NCBI GenBank assembly: GCA_040954595.2
Contig: CM082578.2
Span: 17,183,703-17,247,702, forward strand
Direction of reading: 5' to 3'
From: Balanoglossus misakiensis
Taxonomy: Eukaryota > Animalia > Hemichordata
DNA length: 64,000 bases
A program made the translations under genes and the position numbers. Under the pieces are notes generated by a model that worked only from the letters and a program-made list of their open reading frames with translations, made no database searches and had not been told where the DNA came from. Below, piece after piece: positions 1 through 12,814 of the stretch. The stretch's first letter is position 1. Each line of letters begins with the position of its first letter.

Positions 1-1936
1 TCGCTCAACGCCTGCACGTTTTGATACGTAAGTAAGACCTTCGTGTGTATCTCATACTAAATAGTGATGCTGCCTGCATCCATATGAACGGAATTAATAA
101 CTTGTTCTTTGTCAACGTATTTTGTCTGCCATCAGTTTGCAATTAGGATCGGAGAGGTGCGCAGTCGGGTCAGAAGAAATCGCTGGAGGGGAAGAAGCCA
201 TCGAAGCGAAGGATCTGGAGAAGGTCTTCGAAGAGCTGTCGAGGCGAATCGAAGAGTTGGTCGCTGATAACGAGAAACTCCGGAGCAGAATCAGCGAAGT
301 CGAGGGTCTCAACACCAGCCTCCAGATGGAAGTGTCCAACTCCAGTGTGGCGAGCGAGAGAGACATGCAACAGACGCAGGCCGCGGTCGCCGAGATCTCG
401 ATGAAGTTGGCCAGGGCCGAGGAGTACAACAAGAAACTGGAGACGATATTCTACGACGTGGAGGAGTCGCGCGTAGAGGCGCAGGTTCGCGCCGAGAGTC
501 TGGAGACAGAAAGGGGCGGGCTGGCCGACGTCTTGAAGGAAACGAATCAAGAAAACACGAGGTTGAAGAAAAGCCTGGAAAGCCTCGAGCGGTCATTGCA
601 GTCCGCTCTCGACGGCGACCGAAGTGCAGATCATCGCTGGGATGATTCTGCGGCAGAGCTCGGGAGAAAGGGAAACGGGGAACTTCAGCGAAGGGTCGAG
701 AGACTGCAAGAGCTCTTGAGAGCGAGAACAAACCAACTTAAAAGTTGCAGCCGAAAACTGACGGGTTTGGTGAATGAAGTCAGAGACCTGCAGCGGGTCA
801 ACACCGACCTGAATGCAATGTTTTGCACCTACGAGGCCAGAATCAAAGGTTTGGAAGGTCAGCAAGACGTCAAAGTTGCAGAACAACTTGAAAAGGTTGA
901 GTGTGAAAACGAGGGCATGAAGGCGGAAATATCTCGCATGGGAACGGTGCAGGTTGAATTGAGAACCAAACTCAGGCGTGCGGAGGAAGAGAAGGCCGAG
1001 CTGGTGGACGATCTCGAGAAAAGCTCGCGAGATGTGGATTTGATGAAAGGCGACCTCGCGAGACTGCAGGAGCAGATGGGAAACGTGAAGGCAATGTACA
1101 ACAGAGTCAACGCTGATCTGATCGCCAAAAACATGACTCTCGTCAACGTCCGAAGGGAGAAGTCGAAGATTCAGGACGAGAAAGAGCGACTGGAGGTCAT
1201 GTTCGCCACCGCGCAGGTGAAACTAGAGAAAGTCCAGGGGAAACGGAGGGACTTGGAAGTGATCATTCGCAAACTCGAAGAACAGAATCACAGTTACCGA
1301 GTTCAGATCACGGGAGCCGAGGAGAATGCTCAGAAACTGAAGAAGGATGTCGACGCCATGGGCGATGTTGCCCGTCAACGGACCGAGAGACTAGCTTTTC
1401 TGGAAACTGAGAACAAGAACTTGAAAGACACGCAGGTTGAGCTGGAGAGTAGATGCTTGAACTTGGTCGATGAAACCATGGTTCGAGAGAGACGGTTGGC
1501 ACAGCTGAAGCAGACGCAGGAATCCCTGGTCGCTGAGAACGGAAAGTTGCAGGTGATGATAGTCGAGTTACAACGTGAGCTCCACAGCCTTTACAGCGGC
1601 TTCCAAGACATGGACCACGTCCACCAAGAAATCAAGGACAGATACCAGCAACTCTCCAAGGATAACCTCATTTTGGGCAAGAACATTCGTCGACTCACTG
1701 CCCAAGCCCCCCGTCTTCAGGTGACGCCGCGGAACTCCGTGGGCCACAGTCCGTCTATTGATGGACCGTGTCTGAGCTCGGACTCCGAAACGGTGCCTGT
1801 TAGCCCCCCAACCTCACTCAGACAGGACGGGAATCTCGAAGGCTGCGACAATATATACGAGACCGTAGATTTTAATGAGGCAAATAATGGACTGTCGATG
1901 TCGTTGACCGGTATATTGAACTCGGACGAGGAATAA
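1..1936 (+). CDS. 3' part of a long coiled-coil protein (5'-partial); ~1.8 kb terminal exon
   Basis: Donor c|GTAAGT at 28, acceptor AG at 134-135 or 145-146 (both keep an open frame), then an uninterrupted frame to TAA at 1934-1936. The product is ~600 aa of E/K/L/Q/R heptad-rich sequence with a Ser/Pro-rich tail. AATAAA at 1932 and 2254. No family could be assigned. Confidence 0.8.
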
Positions 1937-2305
1937 AAGTGACAACCATGTCGCCTGAAGATTACTGATGATTTGAGAATAATAATTGGAAAAACTCATC
2001 TCCTCTGGCGTTCAAGACAATGTATACATTTTGCTGTGATTTCAGTGGAACTTTACATTATTTGTTGCGGATTACAACATCAATCAAACACAAATCCAAC
2101 AAGACAGGTCACTTACAAATTACTGGCAGTTCGCAAGATTATCATTCTCAGCGGAACATTAATTTTCCATGACTCTTTTGTTTGGTCCTGGTACATTAAT
2201 CCCCAATAACACTTCAGCCAAATTAATATTTATTATGAATCCAGTTTATAGTGAATAAAATATACATACTACTTGGACGCAATTTGTGATTTGGTAACAT
2301 TTGAT

Positions 2306-3672
2306 CTATGTGACTGGCCATGGCTGTGTGTCTGTTATCAATAAGGAGACTGAACCATTAGGTATACGATCATACATTAGGCTCAACACGAAGGTGTTTT
2401 TCTTTCGACTCACTCACCATATTCGCACTGAAACCCTTGGTAACCGTCGGTACACAGGCAGACGTTAAAGACGCAAGTGCCGCCATGTTTGCAGCCCCCT
2501 TCCACTTCGCATTCGCCAAAATGGCCGTCCGGCCACGTGGTGTTGTTCGATTCTGTGTGAGGCGAAACAGAACGGTAAACGACGTGAGCAACCACGTGGA
2601 TAATAGTTATTTAATCAGTGTATTTTATGAAAATAGACATGTTTGTGATAATGACACGCAACATTACAGTGTGAGACATCGAGACCAGAGACAATTTCCT
2701 ATATGACAGTTTAAAAGACACACGTGGTGATACCCAGTACTTATATGAAGATGGATATAAAAAACCATGGTATCAGATATATATAGCAGCTGATCGTTTT
2801 AATGTATGCACGGCTCGCAAAATCAAAAATAGCATGGATATTTTGTCCATGTGGATGATTGCAAGTGAAATTGAGCGGAGGTGCTAAATTGATGCTATTA
2901 GCATGACGGGAGGGGAAAATCGTCGTTTCTTTGATTATTTTGGCAAAAGCATCTGCTCGCAGATGCAGGGCTTGCCTAGGAGGTCTACCAACAACACAGG
3001 CCCCTTAGGCGTGCAGCCTTCCGCGTGAATAGCCATCCTGCGATGCATCTTTTCACAGAAGTATTCAAGGCATGTATAACGTCGCTCGTTACATCAAGAT
3101 GATTGCAGGATCATGCCTCTGCAGTTGTCGTTACCGCCAGAACGGAAATGGCAAACGATAAAATCAGACTAATAGACAAGCTGGTGTGAGCGTTCCTGGG
3201 GAAAGCTTGTACGTTGAACCGTAGAGTGTACGACCTCTGTCTATGGTTGAAATTCTAGCAAATTTTAAATGCTTCCTCTTTTTCTATTACTGCACACCTC
3301 ACTTCCGAGTATTGTATTTCGTTTCACTTATTGCTAATCTGATACTGACTCCGACACACCCGATGCTATCGTCACAGAGACGCGCGGCTCATAATAAATA
3401 AGAATCGGAATCCCCGGCATTTCGAAGTCTATCACGTGACCAATGTTTCAAAGTCTCTCTGATCAGTTTCAAAGACTGGTTATATAGGTTCCCGGGGTCA
3501 AAGGGTTAGATTGTCTTCTATTTATCCATATTCTGACATCTATCATTCATGACATAGTTATAATAGCAGTTAATCAGTAACGGTTTTATTTCCAATGAAG
3601 GCACTTACTCTTTGCTATCACGGTAACCATACAATGCCAGAGCAGGACAATGGAAGGCAGGAGTGTTCCCAT
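2306..3672 (-). CDS. Small secreted single-EGF-domain protein (~74 aa)
   Basis: Exons 3672-3609, 2552-2418, 2331-2306. Kozak gccATGg, signal peptide MGTLLPSIVLLWHCMVTVIA. A 135-nt phase 1-1 exon encodes CEVEGGCKHGGTCVFNVCLCTDGYQGFQC (six-Cys EGF spacing, CxCxxGYxGxxC). Last exon DTQPWPVT*, followed by minus-strand AATAAA at 2234-2229. The last exon is the least certain part. Confidence 0.75.
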
Positions 3673-6600
3673 GGCAACTGGACGGTGAGCTTTCAGTTCC
3701 TGCAGAAGTGAAGAAATGAATTGAGAGAAAAAGATGAAATGAGAAGCGAGAGAAACATTTTCAAGGCCTGAAAGAAATATAACCACAAAAAAAAGATGAT
3801 GATTACGATGGCTGACGATCAATGGGATTTTTGTCCGAAATTATATCTAGTGTTTGTTATATAATTATGGAAAATGTCCCAAACCTTCTTTCAATTCATA
3901 AACCGTCCAAACCATATTTCGCATATTTACGAATGCCACCCACAGGGACATGGACATTATTTTTGTTTAAACTGGACCGCCGGAAGTCATATTCACAGGA
4001 ATGATGAAGAGGAGTATGTCAAAATCCCGTGCTTTCGAGTCGAAGAGGTCTCAGACCGTTCTCCGAGGATGCAAAACTGTCGCTGTAGGCTATGCGAAGA
4101 ATGCAAGCAATCATCAAGCTAGGTTGCATCAAGACATTTCCGTCATATTGAAGTATTGATCAATATTTTGCTGACTTCTGTTTTCATCTGAAGGCAGTAT
4201 ACCCTATTTCGTGCGACATAAGAACCGCGTTGACCTATCTAGTACACAAGCCGCGGAGTTTGTGATTAGGAAGTCTTTTCAATGGGAAATAATTCACACG
4301 GTGAAGAAAATCTGACCAACATTTGGTTATATGAAAGTGTAATTGCACGAGTAATAACACAACTTTTAACATTATTATCGTGTGGTTCTGTAAACAAAAT
4401 CCGCAAATATTGGCACATTCATGAGACATATTATATTAGCGCGAGCTATGCAGGGTATCACTATATTTGACGCCATTCTCCAATTTACGATGACGTGATG
4501 GTGCTAGTTAGTTGTAGCATCGCCATGTATCCCCTGGTGGTTTCAGAAACAAACGCAATAAATTGAAACTTACAATAGTTCACGGCGAGTGATTATTCAC
4601 GTTTGCCTTGCGACAGACAGATCGATCATAATCGCACGCATGATGTAAAGGACGCATCCAAACATCAATTCCGTGTCAAAACACTCGGGGGAGCGATGGC
4701 TTTAACTTAAGCACCTAAGATGAGTACAGAACACCTGGAATCATTCAATGGCACTGGAATTCGTATCATTTTTATGGGGAAATTGCGCCTTAGAGATGAG
4801 GGATCTTGCAATCGAAACTGAAAACTTCCCACCTGATGGCTGGTTCAAAGAACTCTGGCTCAATCTGGCGTGTCTAGTCGTGTTGTACATGGAGTTGTTT
4901 CTATGGACTAAAATTTCTCTGAATGAAACAATGCATTGTCTACTGCACTATACATGTACTTGCATATGCATGCATGGGAATCAATGAACCCGAAGGCTAT
5001 TGTGAAATGAACAGGCAGTGATTTAACTGTTCTTGAGAAGTTTCAATAATAAAAACAAATTATCCTATCACTCCAGGATGCGATATGCGATCGATAGAAA
5101 ATATGACCCCCTCTCACGATCACTTGGCCTTACGGTATTTGAAATTATCTCATGCAAGGATATATGCGTGCATTGATATGAATGCAGCTAGATTTACATG
5201 ACGGTAGTGATAATCTGCGACTCTCACACAAACACCAGCGTTTCTGCCTCACAGCACATGTGTGTATATACATGTCAAAGGAAATATTCGTGTGAAAAGA
5301 ATGTGCCCTCTGACGTGTGAAATTTATTAATCAAAATTCGTGTCATTTAGGAGGTGACCCATTTACTTCAGCTGTCGGTGTAGGCCCAAGGTCAACGCGA
5401 ATGGGGCGCCCTTGATAAGGGGAGCTTGTATGTTAACGTTGTTCCACTGGTTGATATCATTCAGCCATTGATAAATACGACTGTGTACTTAATTCGAGAC
5501 GCATTGCCTTCCAAGTTTGGAGGGGTCGTTCACTGACGTAGCGTTATGTGGGTAAAACATTTACTAGTAAGTGGTCATCTGGAGATTAAAACTTGATTTC
5601 CTATCGCTGCGCTGCTGTATTGTATCGATCTAGAATCAATATATCGTCCCCGGTGATGCCATTTATAGGCATGGTACTAAAAAGCGAAATGGGGTGTATC
5701 ACGGACGATGATTAAAACACACTACCAGCGACAATGCGATGAAACTCGATGTCCTTTTTTACAGTGCTTGTTGGAAGGGCGATCATCTCGTTCGCACTCC
5801 ATTTACAGCATGACCTCCCCACATACTACAAACAGCAATTTACCCAGTGTCGTTGCGGCTTGAACTGGCGACGCTGTGTGCATATACTTACACTGATTCA
5901 GTGAGTTCCACTTCAATGGCTGACGTGATGACATCACTCATTTGCCGTGAAGCAGATATGAAGGTCCAGGTCACCGTTAAAAAAATCAGACTACCCGTGT
6001 ATTTGGAACGTTCAACACTGACACGACAGATCCAAAGACCAGATCGCTGGCACCAACAACACACGTCACAACCGAGGTAATGCTAAGGACGTGGGTTAAT
6101 TTATTGCCGAGTGCAACTGCTGGCTCGCGCTCTACTAAGTCAGTGTGGACGTCGAAAAAATAGCGAAACGGCTCGAGGGATGAAATATATGAATGGATTC
6201 GTTGTGCGTGAAGCAATATGAGCAGACACGCCAGACTGCAATCACGAAAAACAATTGTCCCTCAACCTATCGCCATATTGCCAGGGTTTTTTTTTTCAAA
6301 CACGCTGGCAAACAATAGCTTGGGTTCAAAAGTTTAACTCGACAATCCCAACAAGCCGGAGAGACTCGCTCAGCGGCGGCCGGCTTACCTGTCGCTGCTA
6401 ATCAAAGACATGCCAGCGGATGTACGTGATTGCCGGTTGCATATGGTTTCGCCACCGTCAGCATGCATCGATCACCCGCACTTCGAAAGACCGTGGAATC
6501 ACCTTGTGTCCAATGGTTACGTCATGGTGTGCTATTAACTTTGACCCAGTCTATCGATTTCAGAACAAGCACACATTGTGTCGTACACAGTGGTTCCACT

Positions 6601-7934
6601 CTTCCTATTCCAGCGTCATGTAATATATGGAAAGGTCGTATTCACGTCAGGGGAACATAACTCGCTTTTGTATGACTCTACTTTGCACTTCTATTTATCG
6701 CATGATGGCAACTGCCCTCAATTGGCATGTTCAGTTATCGGCCGTATCTTTTCTATAGGGCGATAAACTTTTCTCAGATTGCAATGCGATTTTTTTTATT
6801 TTAAAACGTTTTCAATGATGGATTTTGAATCAATGTTTCCAATCATTAATATAATATAAAAATAATTATGTTTTTGAATTAGACTCAATAGCACTATGAA
6901 ATCAATGACACGGTAATTCAATGATGCTATCAACCCCGACAGACCAAGTGAATATCCCTTCCCATTCAAGGATAGCCGAGTGAAGCGCTTAAAGTGATAA
7001 CGCGTTTCCAGCCTCATGCGGTCATTATCTTGCTGGGGCAGAGAATCGCGACAATGTGCAAACTTCTTCACAACCATATTCTGTGCATGCCATGTACAGA
7101 GATTTTCAAATAAAAAAAATAATACAGCTTGTAATGGCTGGCTGGCTGGCTGGATGGATGGATGTATGGATACAATACGTGGCTTGTAAACGCACGCGGG
7201 CATCTGATATACACTATCATTAATTTCTAAATTCTGGGCACCCTTGTAACTAACTAACTAACTAACCTCACGACTCACCAAGAAGCAAGCAGCTGTAGAA
7301 GGGGAAATGATGTGTTACGCGGGAATTGATATCTGAATTGCATTTCCTTAAACATCTTTGGGGCATCGCTTATCTGTTAAGCCCGAAATGAAGAGATGTA
7401 ATTACCAGATGAGAACGGAAATGACGACTCACCTTAGCCGTGATCTCTGATACCCACTTTCCTCCAAGAGAGACTCTCGTATCAGTTCCGTCGAGTCTCA
7501 CGAGATTTGAGACCAAAACCGACGGCTCAGTGTCTTCAAAAGTACCAGGAACAGGGTACATAATAACCTATGAGTCATCAATTAATTTGAATAAGACTTT
7601 AGTCTAACATTAAGGCGAGTTTTAAGAATACGACCTAAGACATCGAGTGTCGCTGCTCAATTGACGCGCAGCCATGCCGAACGCATCAGTCAACGTCACT
7701 GGCGACGCATATGATGATTCCCGTGGCGAGTGACTGGGGCGACCACGATATGATCTTCCGTGAACTGCTGCATATCGGGAAGGCTGCAATCGTGCATCTG
7801 CCAGCAAAACATCCAAACCCCTATGGGTTTTTTTACTGAAAACGGAAATGCTTCGCCCAAATGGAACTTTGAAAACGTGACACGAATTAGATCATCCGGT
7901 TCACAAAACCGCGTTCGGGTATCCTGATGTGAGT

Positions 7935-8040
7935 TTTTGGGTCCCATTGGTATATACCATGGGACCTTATGGGATCGGTTGCGTCTGTATGTATGTATAG
8001 ATGTATGTGTGGATGGATGTATGACTGTATGTCCGTACAT
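7935..8040. mobile_element. Fragment of a non-autonomous element: short palindrome followed by a (GTAT/GGAT)n microsatellite
   Basis: Near-perfect palindrome GGTCCCAT(T)GGTATATACCATGGGACC at 7940-7966 after a T-run, then tetranucleotide repeats. This layout is typical of DINE-1/Pearl/Tsp-type invertebrate elements. A similar (GGCT/GGAT)n tract lies at ~7135-7170. Confidence 0.45.
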
Positions 8041-8264
8041 ATGCAATTGGCAGCTTATGGATCAGTCAGTGTTTGCCCATTGAGCAAAGTTGAACTTCAT
8101 TGGAGAAAAGAAGAACCACTCCCGTCTGTCTTAATTTGCATTTTAACACTTTATTTTGCATTTCAATACTTGATTTAAATATAAGATAAGCCTAACAGTT
8201 TTGTCTCACTGTAGTCAAAGTTTTGGACCTAGAAATGTAAATAGTTTGTGTCCATGAGTTCATA

Positions 8265-8600
8265 TTGGGGATGTGTTAGCACTCTGGGCACCGTACTCCT
8301 CACGGGATCTGTTAACGCAGGTCAGTGCAACACACCCCAAGCTTTTGTATCGCCTTCTTTTGCTGTGATTTGAGAGCTATACAGTGTTCATTTTGTAGAC
8401 ACAGGGATGTTTATGTTTGTGAGAGGCTCGCGCGAGTCTGCCTTTGTATTGTTGTGTGCAAAAGAGGTCATGGGAGTTTGGGGATGTGTTAGCGCTCTGG
8501 GCACCGTACTCCTCACGGGATCTGTTAACGCAGGTCAGTGCGACACACCCCAAGCTTTTGTATCGACGCCTTCTTTGCTGTGTTTTCAGAGCTATACAGT
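8265..8600 (+). repeat. Direct duplication of ~120 bp (8265-8385 and 8478-8600), each copy with a 76-nt self-complementary core
   Basis: Core TTGGGGATGTGTTAGC(A/G)CTCTGGGCACCGTACTCCTCACGGGATCTGTTAACGCAGGTCAGTGC(A/G)ACACACCCCAA occurs twice, 213 bp apart, with two substitutions. Confidence 0.9.
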
Positions 8601-9558
8601 TCATCTTGGCATTTATCGTCCCATTTTTAAGGATGTACGTTCTTTAAAATTTAAACTATTGTCATTTCTTTTAATTGTTGATTTTTGGACTATACTGTGT
8701 ATGTATAATGAGCCATGATTTTAGTCGAAAATAGAAGAAAACTGCTGACTCAGCATGCTGCTGCACCCTCCGACAGGGACTATATTCTGTGGGGATCGTG
8801 CGATGTTCGCCTGCATTGGCTAAAACGACTTTCTCGGCTTCATTTTAATCATTCCAAACGTGGTTGTATGGCATATCCAATCTTCGCGCGCCATTGCATT
8901 TGACAGAGTTCACCCAATCTGTTGTGTCTGACGAGCGGACGGTGTCTCATACGTTCAGTTAAGTGCCATTGAAAGTGGATATTCGACGATTATGAGTCTG
9001 TGGTTTGAGTAACAGAAATATGGCACTAAAGCATTCCGTCTGAGATATCCTAACAAACATCCTGATGGCCGACGTAAAAATGCCGTTAGATTGGCAGTAA
9101 ACACAACAGATTATGTTGGCTTTTAAAGTTCCATCAAGACTAGTTACACAGACTCAGACATTGAGACGCTGACTCGGTTAGAACATGTATTTATGAACTA
9201 CAATTTTGCTATATGTAAAAGATATCTGCGGGAGGTTATTGATCGTGTCGTTTATGTAACGGCAGCGACGATGACCACGGCAACATGCTCAGGTCATGTC
9301 CGACTTAATATGCTATTCACACATTGATTTGACGTTTCCTAGGTAACTTGGTGACACTCGCAGCAAGTCGTGCATAATGCATGGAGGTCATCGTTGATGG
9401 CACCGTTTGAGACTAATCGAGCTGTCCCAGCTCTAGCTATACTTGGAACGTCTTTCGGATTTCACGCCTTCTTGCAGTGGACAAAACTGTCTAGAATTTA
9501 AATCGTCATTGCTTTTCACCCATAAATATTTGAAGACAATCGGAAGACCATCTGCGTC

Positions 9559-9727
9559 TACACTCCAGGTATGTAGGAGTACTTCAAAGTGCATACTCCG
9601 AGTTCAAAGACCGAGTCGGACTTCAAAGTCCGAGTACTCGGACTTGTACACTCCGAGTAGTGGCTGTACTCGGACTTGTATACACCGAGTTGCACTCGGT
9701 GCTCGGACTTGCGTACTCCGAGTTACA
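9559..9727. repeat. Degenerate array of CCGAGT / ACTCGG(ACTT) motifs in both orientations
   Basis: Repeated ACTCCGAGT and ACTCGGACTTG units. Includes the perfect 20-bp palindrome AAGTCCGAGTACTCGGACTT at 9626-9645. Confidence 0.8.
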
Positions 9728-10490
9728 CACTGCCTATGAAAGACAACGGACGGCAAAAATCCTGTTTTCATTACTCAAGAAGTCATTTATTGCTTAATAC
9801 CACGATCGGTGTCCATGATGTCTTGTTGCGCCAGTTTTGAATAGGCATGGGCTTTACATCCACAACAACATTCTGATTCACAGGGCTAGATCCATGCGGT
9901 CACGGAGAAAAACGTCTATCATGATTGTAACTGTGTATTCTGACCATTAGTGAATGTACGGGAAGGTACATGTTTCACCGAGGGAATGAGAGAGCCACCT
10001 TCTCTCTCGAATAGATAACCATTACATACACGAGAATTCAAGTACATTGCGCTTGCTTTAATACACGTAGAAAAAGTACAGCACAAGTACAATAACTTAA
10101 GTTATTGTGCTCTTCACAGCAAAGTTTTGGAAGACTGAATCCGATTGGCCCACACGACACGTGGTAGTCACGTGTTCCGATATACATGTCACTTAATTAT
10201 GAAAACTGATTTTAAAATAGTTTCCTTCAGGTCTTAATGGCAATCAAGGAATTTTTTAAAAACCAAAATACAACAAAAAACGAAGCGACGTTGATATACC
10301 TTATTCGAACGTGAAGTGTTCAGTTATAAATAATCAACAGTCATTGATCGAAATGTTTAGAAACAATCATTTATAATTTCGTCATCTCAATATCGTCAAG
10401 CACCAAACACTATCGTCAGAGATTTCTGTAAATACTCGCATTTCTATTTACGCATTATTGGACGGAATGTACATGTATCTGTGTGGTCTT

Positions 10491-11934
10491 TCAATACATC
10501 GAATATTCCGGAGGCTTGGCTGGATACGACTTTAAATCAATTTCACTGTATGTTGGCGGTTTGACCGGCGTTATTCTCCCCGGCGGCTGATCTGACATGA
10601 AAGCTACAGAGAGACAGAAAGAATACACCTGCTTTAATGTTTGTTGTCAGACTTTTTTGTTGTCGTGGACTGTACACACGTTTTGTAATGGAAAGAAAAT
10701 TAAAAGAAATTTTAGTCAAACATTTCCGGGGTCAGAAAACGTTTTTTTTTATAATTATTGCTGTCATCAGGTCTGGTATTACCGGTTAAGATGGTTAATC
10801 ATTCTATATCATTACCTTCATTGTCGTGTGAATATCTTGTTTCAGAGGATTGGTGTGTGACATCTGCCGAGTGACTGTCAAGAACACGACGAGAGCGGCG
10901 TCGACCTGTATTGGCTTTCTTGTGACAATAATACGTGCAAGCTCCGTAACACAGAGATATTAGCAGAATTGCGCCAGCACAGACAAGAAACCTGATGAAA
11001 TAATTCGAGTGAGTGAGTGAGTGAGTTATAGCTCACTTATAATTCAACAGTGCACGTTTTTTCATAGTTTAACTCTGGACTGAAAATGTTATGAGTCGCG
11101 TTAGACCCATGGAACCACGCGATATCAGCCTAAACAATAATTATTTTCAAATTATAGAATTTCACATATCCGACTTACCATTTCCATCCATTAAGAATAC
11201 TAATATTACAGCACGCATATCCACAGCAGTATTGGTTGCTTGAGCACCTGTCCGGCAATTGAAGGGAGACTGAGTAAGGATTGCGGAAAGGGTAACCTTA
11301 AAATTGTTTCAGCGACTCGCTTTACCAGTATTCCCATTGAATCGGATGCATAAATGTATTTGAACTAACACCAATGCCCTTGTATGGTATATGGGTAGCC
11401 ATTAATACTCCTTAATATTTACATTGTGGAATTAGCTGCTAGCCAACCTCCCACATTATGTTTATCCTTTGGTAAACTACGAAAGAGGGCCTGACCAACA
11501 CGTCTATGATGAACAGGTGACTCACTCGAAGTATGTGACGAATTCCTGCCCATTTTCAGACACTTCGTATCGGCACTTGTCAGCGAATACCTAGAAGAGA
11601 AAAACGGAAATTGTTTATTGCATGAAGTATGTCAATCGTCACATCTTACCATGAACGCACCTGAAGAAAGCATGCCATCAGTACGACCATAGGCGCGAAT
11701 CTTGTTCTGTTTACAAAATCATTAATCGTATACGGTAACGTACAAAGGTCATCAAAGACAGGGTTCGATTGCGACATGGACGTCATTTGAGATATGCACA
11801 CCTGTGCAAACCCGCCGTTCTTACTCTCACGAAAATTTTGAAAAACTTTGAAACAAACCTACCTCAGATACTAACACCAACAAAGCTAAGCCCATTGAAG
11901 GTATCCCATGCCCAACCATTGCTGTGAATGGCAT
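10491..11934 (-). CDS. VOPP1/WBP1 (Shisa-like) family single-pass membrane protein, paralog B (~164 aa)
   Basis: Exons 11934-11863, 11590-11526, 11247-11179, 10991-10816, 10603-10491, all GT-AG and phase-consistent (495 nt). Signal peptide, ectodomain DKCRY..ECSSNQYCCGYACC..GWKW, TM FLVCAGAILLISLCYGACTYYC, cytoplasmic PPTY and PPEY motifs. Confidence 0.88.
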
Positions 11935-12814
11935 TTTCGTCCCAGAGATTGGCGTAAAATTGGCTGCAGTATCGACCGAACAGTGTTGAAAGTTGATGAC
12001 GAAGTTTGTGTTCCTGTTTGAGAGTTGGGTCATTTATCAACCAAGGTGTTATAAACGTCAGAATTAGTGGCTGTTTTGTGTTGTGACCACCCTCCCGTAG
12101 AAATTACCTTCAAAAAGTGTTCAATCCGTTTGGTTTAAACCGGGTGTCAGCATTATGCCGTTTGCTGTTTCCTGAACGATCAAGTGGCACAGCAAGTGCG
12201 ATGATCCGCTCTTTTCTAAAGCAATTGTTTGCCAACAAGTTCCCTTGCCGTCTTGAATACAGGAGCATCAAGGTGTTACATACCGCCGTCACCTGTTGAT
12301 ATCAATCTGGAATATGTATTTCCGCCTCGTTTGTAGACACGCCCGGTTAAGCAACACCACGCAGAAGCAATGTAAGAACGTGTACGACCCTTTTTGAAAG
12401 GTCGAAATAATTACAGTAGAAACCAGACACCGCCAAACAGTATGGCCAGATATTGTTGCCCTCTTGGAGTAACATAGGGTTGGATGCACATGAATGGTGT
12501 TTATTGTTGGTTTTTATTTACAATTATTCATCTTTGAACAATTAATATACAGAAACCTCAGAGAGTATCAACACGTGGCAACGTTCAAGGGAATGAAACT
12601 GGCAACTTTTTGTGTGCTTCGGTGTTTTTAAGAGTTTTTGCTAGTCACACATTTCTGGTTATTATAAGATCTCACAATGAATCAAGAACAAAACAGTATA
12701 TGAAGAAAAGATGGCAACTTCGGTGGTAAATGACGAATGTTCAACACCAAACAATTCCCACAAAAAATCTGAACTTTTGCAAACTGAATAAATGCACGTC
12801 ACACAATCTATAGA

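Noticed and set aside
112-1502. Several minus-strand ORFs of 60-140 aa
   Set aside because: Antisense shadows of the GC-rich coiled-coil exon.
5847-6080. ORF and a Thr-rich alternative frame ending at a GAG|GTAATG donor
   Set aside because: Poor acceptor, no partner exons, no recognisable product.
8265-8600. Possible CRISPR array or hammerhead ribozyme pair
   Set aside because: Only two long copies, no repeat-spacer series or cas genes, eukaryotic context, and no hammerhead catalytic core.
10845-10995. Plus-strand Cys-containing reading (SDCQEHDESG..SCDNNTC) suggesting a small cysteine-rich peptide
   Set aside because: It is the antisense shadow of the TM exon of VOPP1-like paralog B.
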